Shown here: positions 7,295 through 13,673 of the stretch, piece by piece
How positions within the stretch are numbered: the stretch's first letter is position 1
Layout: each line of letters starts with the position of its first letter
Source of the DNA: Halobacteriaceae archaeon
Lineage (GTDB): Archaea > Halobacteriota > Halobacteria > Halobacteriales > Halobacteriaceae
Assembly: GCA_042216675.1 (NCBI GenBank)
Contig: JBDGTS010000043.1
Coordinates: forward strand, 1 to 35,707
DNA: 35,707 bases
Direction: 5' to 3'
Notes under the pieces: generated by a model
The model's input: only the letters and a program-made list of their open reading frames with translations
What the model was told of the DNA's origin: nothing
The model's database searches: none
Translations under genes and position numbers: made by a program

Positions 7295-8358
7295 TGGGGG
7301 CCATCGACACGGACGAGCGACCGGTCGTCCTCGTCTGGGAGGTGACCCAAGCCTGCGAACTGGCCTGCGAGCACTGCCGGGCCGACGCGCAACCCGACCG
7401 GCACCCCGACGAACTGTCGACGGCCGAGGGGAAGGCGCTCCTGCGCGAGGCGGCCCAGTTCGGCGACGATCAGTTGGTCGTCCTCTCGGGAGGTGACCCG
7501 CTAGTCCGCGACGACTTGCCCGAACTCGTCGAGTACGGCGTGGACCGCGGCCTCCAGATGACGCTCACCCCGAGTGGAACGGCACACCTCACGCCCGAGC
7601 GAATCCGCGAACTCGCCGACGCGGGCCTGCGACGCCTGGCGCTCAGCATCGACGGCGCAACCGCCGACTCTCACGACTCGTTTCGCGGCGAGGAGTGCTT
7701 CGCGGACACGCTGGCGGCCGCCCGCGCCGCGAACGAGGCGGGCATTCCGGTGCAGATCAACACCACCGTCTGTGCGTCCACCGCCGAGGACCTGCCCGGC
7801 ATCCGCACCCTCGTCTCTGACCTCGACGCGGTGCTGTGGTCCGTCTTCTTCCTCGTGCCAATCGGCCGCGGGACGGCGCTCGACCCCGTGTCGCCGGCGC
7901 GCGCCGAGCGCATCGCCTCGTGGCTCTGCTCGGTGCGCGAGAGCGAGGACTTCGGCATCAAGACGACGGAGGCCCCGTTCTTCCGGCGCGTCGCGGCCCA
8001 ACGCGGCGAGGGCGGTCCCGGCGCGCGCCGCCCCGGAATAACGGCCGGCGACGGCTTCGCGTTCGTGAGCCACGTCGGCGAGGTGTACCCCTCCGGCTTC
8101 CTCCCCGAGTCCGCCGGCACCGTGCGCGGGGAGAGCGTCGTCGACATCTACCGGGACAGCGACCTGTTCGAATCGCTTCGGGACCCCGACGCCCTCACCG
8201 GGAAGTGTGGCGCCTGCGAGTACCGGGGTCTCTGTGGCGGGAGTCGCTCGCGGGCTTACGCCTGCACGGGTGACCCCCTCGCGAGCGACCCGCTCTGTGC
8301 CTACGTCCCCGAGTCCTACGACGGCCCCATCCCGAGACAGGAGGTGGCGCGATCGTGA
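7291..8358 (+). CDS. ahbD: Radical SAM/SPASM protein of the NirJ/AhbD-like group (TIGR04053-like), probable anaerobic coproheme decarboxylase/heme synthase
   Basis: WEVTQACELACEHCRA (CxxxCxxC), SGGDPL, SIDG, C-terminal CGACEYRGLCGGSRSRAY...DPLC. The ahbD label rests on my recollection of the nirK-adjacent radical SAM of Haloferax and is less certain than the family call. Confidence 0.7.
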   Translation: MMGAIDTDERPVVLVWEVTQACELACEHCRADAQPDRHPDELSTAEGKALLREAAQFGDDQLVVLSGGDPLVRDDLPELVEYGVDRGLQMTLTPSGTAHLTPERIRELADAGLRRLALSIDGATADSHDSFRGEECFADTLAAARAANEAGIPVQINTTVCASTAEDLPGIRTLVSDLDAVLWSVFFLVPIGRGTALDPVSPARAERIASWLCSVRESEDFGIKTTEAPFFRRVAAQRGEGGPGARRPGITAGDGFAFVSHVGEVYPSGFLPESAGTVRGESVVDIYRDSDLFESLRDPDALTGKCGACEYRGLCGGSRSRAYACTGDPLASDPLCAYVPESYDGPIPRQEVARS

Positions 8359-8615
8359 GCGCCCTCGAAACAGAGGAATCCGCGCTCGCGCGGCGGATTC
8401 GGGACCGCGGCGAGGAGATTCGACGCGAGGAGCTGTCGCAGGCGCTCTCGAAACTCGACGACCTGACGCCCGCCCAGCGACGGGCCGTCGAAGAGATGAC
8501 GGAGAACGTCGTGGACGCGCTTCTGACCCCGCCGGCGGAAGCGATTCGGGACGCCGAGGACCCCGAGACGCTGGCCGCGGCGCGGGCCGTGTTCGACCCG
8601 GAGAGCCGACACTGA
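8355..8615 (+). CDS. Stand-alone glutamyl-tRNA reductase (HemA) C-terminal dimerisation-domain protein
   Basis: EEIRREELSQALSKL..LTPAQRRAVEEMTENVVDALLTPP...IRDA....AARAVFDPE matches the GlutR_dimer helical pattern. GTGA overlap with the radical SAM stop. Confidence 0.75.
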   Translation: MSALETEESALARRIRDRGEEIRREELSQALSKLDDLTPAQRRAVEEMTENVVDALLTPPAEAIRDAEDPETLAAARAVFDPESRH

Positions 8616-8644
8616 CTTGTCGGGCGCGGGGGAACCCCGGCCCC

Positions 8645-9361
8645 ATGGCCGCTATCAGGACCGAGGGGTTGGCGAAGACGTACGGAGACCTCAGAGCGCT
8701 CGACGGCCTCGATGTGGCAGTGGAGCGCGGCGAACTGTTCGGCTTCCTCGGCCCGAACGGTGCGGGCAAGACGACCACGATTCGGATTCTCACCGGCCAA
8801 CTCCGCCCGGACGCCGGCGAGGCGTCGGTGCTGGGCGTCGACCCGGTGGCCGAACCCGTCGCAGTGCGCGAGAAAATCGGCGTCCTGCCCGAACGTGAGT
8901 CGCCGCCGGCGTTCATGACGCCCCGGGAGTACTTCGAGTTCGTCGGCACGGTGCGCGGGATGGGCGACGAAACAATCGCGTCCCGCGTCGAGACGTGGGC
9001 CGACAGGCTCGACTTCGGCGCGAAACTCGACACGCTCTCGACGGACCTCTCCCGGGGCCAACAGCAGAAGGTGATGATAGCGCAGGCGTTCCTCCACGAC
9101 CCCGACGCGGTGTTCATCGACGAACCGTTGGCGAACCTCGACCCAATCGTGCAGGAACGAGTCAAGGCGTTCCTGCGGGAGTACGTGGCCGAGGACAACG
9201 CCGCGTTCATCTCGACGCACGACATCGGCGTCGCCGAGGAAATCTGTGACCGCGTCGGCGTCGTCACCGAGGGGGAACTCATCGCGGACCGCGACCCGTC
9301 GGCGCTCGGCCCAGACGAGTCGCTGTTGGACCTGTTCTTACACGACGTGGAGGGGTCGTGA
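8645..9361 (+). CDS. ABC transporter ATP-binding protein (exporter type)
   Basis: Walker A GPNGAGKTT, signature LSRGQQQK, Walker B VFIDE, H-loop STH. Confidence 0.93.
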   Translation: MAAIRTEGLAKTYGDLRALDGLDVAVERGELFGFLGPNGAGKTTTIRILTGQLRPDAGEASVLGVDPVAEPVAVREKIGVLPERESPPAFMTPREYFEFVGTVRGMGDETIASRVETWADRLDFGAKLDTLSTDLSRGQQQKVMIAQAFLHDPDAVFIDEPLANLDPIVQERVKAFLREYVAEDNAAFISTHDIGVAEEICDRVGVVTEGELIADRDPSALGPDESLLDLFLHDVEGS

Positions 9362-10770
9362 TGGGCGTCACCCGCACCGTCTTCGCGGCGATGGTGCGCG
9401 AGGAGTGGCGCCTCCACGCGGACCTGTTCGGCGGCCGGCGCTTCGCCGCGTTTCCGCTCGTCGTCCTCGCCGTCGGCGCAGCGACGGTGGCGGCGCTGGT
9501 GGAGACGGGCACGCCCGCGGGGCAGGTGGTGGCCGGCTTCCACGCCCTCGTCTTCGTCTTCGGCCTCCATACGGGGTCGCTGGGCTTCGTCGGGCGGGAC
9601 GCGCTCAGAGGCGTCTTGGAGGAGATGACGCTCATCATCTCCTCGGCGCGGACGCTCCCCATCTCCCAGCGCCGCCTCTTCGCCGTCTTCCTCGTGAAGG
9701 ACGCCTGCTACTACGCGGCGCTGTTCTTGCTCCCCCTGTCGCTCGCGTTCGCGCCGGCGCTGTCGCTCGCCCGACTCCCCTTGCTCTGGCTTTCGACGGC
9801 CGTGACGTTCACCTTCGGCGTCGTCGTCACGTTCGCCGCCATCGCGCTCTCGACGCGGGGACTGTCCGGCCGACTGCTCCTCCTCGGTGCGGCGGCGGCG
9901 CTCGGCCTCGGGTGGGCCGCGGGCCTCGACCCGGTGGGTGCGACGCCGTACGCGCTCTACGCGGCGCCGCTCTCGACCGGCGCGGCCGTCGCCGTCCTCG
10001 CGGTGCCGGCGCTCGGCGCGTTCGGCGTCCTCGCCTTCGACACCAGTTACGTCCGCCCGGCCCGGACCGGCGAGAACGGCTTCGGACGCTGGCAGAACCG
10101 CCTGCCCGGCGGGGACCCACTCGTCGCGAAGAGCCTCCTCGACGTGGCGCGGAGCGGTGGCGGGTTCGGGAAGGTGCTGTTCTCCGCGGGCGTCCTGTTC
10201 GCCGTCAGCGCCGGGCTGGTGGGCCTCGTGGAGTCCATCACCGGCGTCGAACCGTCGTTTCCGGTGTCTCTCGGGGCGATTCTCGGGCTGACGGGGTTCA
10301 CGACGTACAACTGGCTCACGCAGTTCGACGGCCCGGACACCTACGCGACGCTCCCTGTCTCGACGGCGGCGGTGTTCCAAGCGAAGTTCCGGGCGTTCCT
10401 CGTCCTCGGGCCGCCCGCGGCGCTTGGCTTCTACGCGCTGGCGGCGGCGTGGCGCGGCGGTGCGGCCGGCGAACTGCTCGCCGGCGCGGCGCTGGTGGTC
10501 GGTTTCGTGGTCTATCTGTTCGGCCTGACCGTCGCGCTCTCGGGTCTGAGGCCGAACGAGTTCCTGTTCGACACGGCGCTGTTCGCGGCGTTCGGCCTCG
10601 GCGTGGCGGTGCCGCTGGTGCCCGTCCTCGTCGTCGGTTTCGTCCTCGCGCCCTACGAGGTGGCGACGCTCGGCGCACTCGTGGCGGTCGGAGTCGCCGC
10701 CGCGGCGGCGGGCGTTTTCCTCTATCGACGCGGGATTCCGCGCTGGGAGCGCCGCTATCGGGAGGGGTAG
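9361..10770 (+). CDS. Multi-pass membrane protein, probable ABC exporter permease
   Basis: More than 10 hydrophobic helices. Two halves each contain a TLP(I/V)S motif. Overlaps the ATPase stop (TGATG). Confidence 0.8.
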   Translation: MGVTRTVFAAMVREEWRLHADLFGGRRFAAFPLVVLAVGAATVAALVETGTPAGQVVAGFHALVFVFGLHTGSLGFVGRDALRGVLEEMTLIISSARTLPISQRRLFAVFLVKDACYYAALFLLPLSLAFAPALSLARLPLLWLSTAVTFTFGVVVTFAAIALSTRGLSGRLLLLGAAAALGLGWAAGLDPVGATPYALYAAPLSTGAAVAVLAVPALGAFGVLAFDTSYVRPARTGENGFGRWQNRLPGGDPLVAKSLLDVARSGGGFGKVLFSAGVLFAVSAGLVGLVESITGVEPSFPVSLGAILGLTGFTTYNWLTQFDGPDTYATLPVSTAAVFQAKFRAFLVLGPPAALGFYALAAAWRGGAAGELLAGAALVVGFVVYLFGLTVALSGLRPNEFLFDTALFAAFGLGVAVPLVPVLVVGFVLAPYEVATLGALVAVGVAAAAAGVFLYRRGIPRWERRYREG

Positions 10771-10806
10771 CGTCAGGCATAGGTGCGCCCCCGGCCAACA
10801 CCGCCC

Positions 10807-10944
10807 ATGGACGTCGAGCCGTGGACCGCGGTCTGTCAGGACTGTGACTTCGAGCGCCAGATGCCGAGCCGCGACCACGCCGAACACGCCAAGCGGGTCC
10901 ACGAGGACCGCACCGGACACACCGCGTTCCTCGAACCGGAGTAA
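10807..10944 (+). CDS. 45-aa zinc-finger-like microprotein (CxxC...H...H...H), not in the ORF track
   Basis: MDVEPWTAVCQDCDFERQMPSRDHAEHAKRVHEDRTGHTAFLEPE. Haloarchaeal codon usage, and it fills the intergenic gap. Confidence 0.75.
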   Translation: MDVEPWTAVCQDCDFERQMPSRDHAEHAKRVHEDRTGHTAFLEPE

Positions 10945-11029
10945 ATCGGCTTAACTCGGGCCGAAAGTGCCTGAAGCCGGGACGATTATGTTTCCCGTTG
11001 AAGATGCCGGCGCTCCATCGGTCGGACGC

Positions 11030-11932
11030 ATGAGACAGAACTTCGCGACAGTCGCACTCGCACTCGCCGTGGTCCTCGCCGGATGCGCCGGCGGCCTCGG
11101 CCCCGGCGCCGAGTCCGGCGGCGAGGCGGACGCCGCGGGCACGGTCCAGTTCTACGTGTCCGACGAGCGCAACGCCATCGACCAGTTCGAACACCTCAAC
11201 GTCACGCTCTCGACGGTCGGTTTCCAGAGGGCCGGTGGCGAGAACGTGACGAACGGCAGCGACATCGACACCGAGAGCGGGTCGTGGGTGACCCGCGACG
11301 CGAACAACACGACGGTGGACCTCACCGAACTGCAGGGCGCGAACGCGACGCTCGTCGACGCGTTCGACGTGCCCGCCGGCAACTACACCACCGTGTTCGC
11401 CCACGTGAGCGAGGTCAACGGCACGCTCACCGCCGGCGAGCAGGTGAACGTGAAACTGCCGAGCGAGAAACTCCAACTCCACACGCCGTTCACCGTCGGC
11501 CCGAACGAGTCGGTGGACTTCGTGTTCGACATCACCGTCTTCGAGGCGGGCAAGTCCGGCAAGTACATCCTCAAGCCCGTGGTGAGCGAGTCCGGAACGG
11601 ACGTCGAAATCGAGGAGCGCGGCGACGATGACGACAGTGACGACAGCGACGAGAGCGAGGCGGCGGCCCTGAACGCGACCATCGAGGGTCCCGTCCGCGC
11701 CGGTGAGAACGTGACGGTCACCGTCACCAACGCGTCCGGTCCGGTGGCGAACGCGACGGTCACGGTGAACGGCGAGGAGATGGGGCTGACCGCCGCGGAC
11801 GGCACCATCACGGTGGCGGTGCCGGACGCGGAGGACCTCGAACTGACCGCGACGAATGGCGACGTGGAGGTCGAACTCGAACGGCCCATCCAGCAGTCCA
11901 CGACGACAGCGTCGAACACGACGGCGGCCTGA
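11030..11932 (+). CDS. DUF4382-domain lipoprotein with acidic linker and C-terminal Ig-like domain
   Basis: LAGC lipobox, FYVSDERNAIDQFEHLNVT, VDLTELQG, KLPSEKLQL, FVFDITV, YILKP. Many N-x-S/T sequons. Confidence 0.82.
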   Translation: MRQNFATVALALAVVLAGCAGGLGPGAESGGEADAAGTVQFYVSDERNAIDQFEHLNVTLSTVGFQRAGGENVTNGSDIDTESGSWVTRDANNTTVDLTELQGANATLVDAFDVPAGNYTTVFAHVSEVNGTLTAGEQVNVKLPSEKLQLHTPFTVGPNESVDFVFDITVFEAGKSGKYILKPVVSESGTDVEIEERGDDDDSDDSDESEAAALNATIEGPVRAGENVTVTVTNASGPVANATVTVNGEEMGLTAADGTITVAVPDAEDLELTATNGDVEVELERPIQQSTTTASNTTAA

Positions 11933-11972
11933 GGCCGACACCTATTTGCGGACCCGGCGCCCCTCACGACCC

Positions 11973-13637
11973 ATGCCTACGGGTGGTGAACTCGTCTGCG
12001 ACGCCCTTCGGGACGCCGGCATCGACGTTCTCGTCGGCCTCCCCGGGACACAGACCCTTCCCCTCGACCGCGTCGTCGCGACGCGGCCCGAGATGCGGTA
12101 CGTGATGGCCCGCCACGAGACGGCCGTGCCACACGTCGCGTGGGGGTACTACGAAGCCAGCGGCCGCCCCGCGGCCACGCTGACCGTCCCGGGACCGGGC
12201 GACACGAACGCGATGCACGGTCTGAAGAACGCCCTGAACGACAACGTCCCCCTGATTCACGTCGCGGCGGACGTCAACCCCGAGGACCGGGGCAAAGGCC
12301 CCATCCACGAAATCGAACCCGACACCGTGGACAACGCGGTGAAGGCGAACGTCACCGTCGAGAGCACTCTCGAACTCCGCGAGGCCGTCGAGCGCGGTGT
12401 CGAGACGGCGCTCACGCCGCCTCTCGGTCCCGTACGGCTCGGAATTCCGAGCCGGGTTCTCGCGGACCCCGTCGAGAGTCCACCGGCCGACGTGACGCCC
12501 GAGACAGTCTCCTACGACACCGGTCCCGCCGTCGAGCGAGCAGTCGCGGCGCTCGCGGACGCTCAGCGACCGGTGCTGTACGTCGGCGGCGGCGCGCGGC
12601 GCGCCGAGGGTGGCCCGGCGGCGGTGCGCGAACTCGCGGACGCACTCGACGCGCCGGTCGCCGTCTCCTACAAGGGCAAGGGCGTGGTTCCCGACGACGA
12701 CCCCCGAGTCGTCGGCGTCACCGCCTCGCACCTCAACAGCGGAGCGCGGCGCGTTCTCGACGCGGCGGACGTGGTGCTGGCCGTCGGCACCGACTTCGAC
12801 GGCGTCACCACCGACTCGTGGTCGCTCCCGATGGGCGACACGCTGATACACGTCACCCTCGACCCGGACGACGTGGACGCCGGCTACGAGGCTGACGTGC
12901 CGATTCTCGGCGACGCCGCCGAAGCGGCCGCGGCCATCGCCGAGCGACTGCCGGCCGACGCGGGCGGGTGGGCCGGCCCTCGAATCGGCGCGGCCGTCGA
13001 GGAGGAGTACCTCGCGCACCTCGACGGCGAGGGGTTGCTCGACGACAGGGCGCCCGCACCGACGCCCGCCACCCTGCGAGCCATCCGCGGCGCCGTGCCC
13101 GACGAGGCAGTGGTGACGACGGACATCGGGGGGCATCGGCTCTGGGCGCTCCAACTGTTCGACGCCCTCGGACCGCGCCGCTACGTCACCGCGGGGTCGT
13201 GGGCCGGGATGGGCGTCGGTCTGCCCGCCGCCGTCGGCGCGCGTCTCGCCCGCCCCGAGCGCCCGGTGGTGTCGCTCCACGGCGACGGCGGCCTGATGAT
13301 GTGCGTCCACGAACTCCACACCGCCGCCGAGGAGGGGCTCGATTTGGTCTGCGTGGTCTTCGCGGACGACGACTACGGCATCATCAGCAAGTCGCCGGAA
13401 ATCAGCGACCACGGCGGCGGCCGACAGTTCGCGTGGTCGGCCCCGGACTTCGTGGGCGTCGCCGAGGGGTTCAACGCGAACGGCGTCGCCGTCGACACGC
13501 CGTCGGCGGCCGCCGACGCAGTCAGAGAGGCACTGGACGCCGGCGGGCCGTGTGTCGTCTGCGTCGAGACGGACCCCGACCAGCAGTCCGTCGTCGAGGC
13601 GGCCGACTACGACTCGGCGGTCGACCTCGGTAACTGA
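11973..13637 (+). CDS. Thiamine-pyrophosphate-binding enzyme (acetolactate synthase-like superfamily)
   Basis: GLPGTQ, ARHE, PGPGDTN, GMGVGLPAAVGA, TPP motif GDGGLMM. Confidence 0.9.
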   Translation: MPTGGELVCDALRDAGIDVLVGLPGTQTLPLDRVVATRPEMRYVMARHETAVPHVAWGYYEASGRPAATLTVPGPGDTNAMHGLKNALNDNVPLIHVAADVNPEDRGKGPIHEIEPDTVDNAVKANVTVESTLELREAVERGVETALTPPLGPVRLGIPSRVLADPVESPPADVTPETVSYDTGPAVERAVAALADAQRPVLYVGGGARRAEGGPAAVRELADALDAPVAVSYKGKGVVPDDDPRVVGVTASHLNSGARRVLDAADVVLAVGTDFDGVTTDSWSLPMGDTLIHVTLDPDDVDAGYEADVPILGDAAEAAAAIAERLPADAGGWAGPRIGAAVEEEYLAHLDGEGLLDDRAPAPTPATLRAIRGAVPDEAVVTTDIGGHRLWALQLFDALGPRRYVTAGSWAGMGVGLPAAVGARLARPERPVVSLHGDGGLMMCVHELHTAAEEGLDLVCVVFADDDYGIISKSPEISDHGGGRQFAWSAPDFVGVAEGFNANGVAVDTPSAAADAVREALDAGGPCVVCVETDPDQQSVVEAADYDSAVDLGN

Positions 13638-13673
13638 CGCCGGATATTTAACCTCAGGCCCGAAGGCTCGGGC

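Noticed and set aside
7501-10920. 1139-aa ORF on the minus strand
   Set aside because: Antisense shadow of the rSAM/ABC genes. Arg/Gly-rich, no motifs, and expected in roughly 70% GC DNA with few stop codons.
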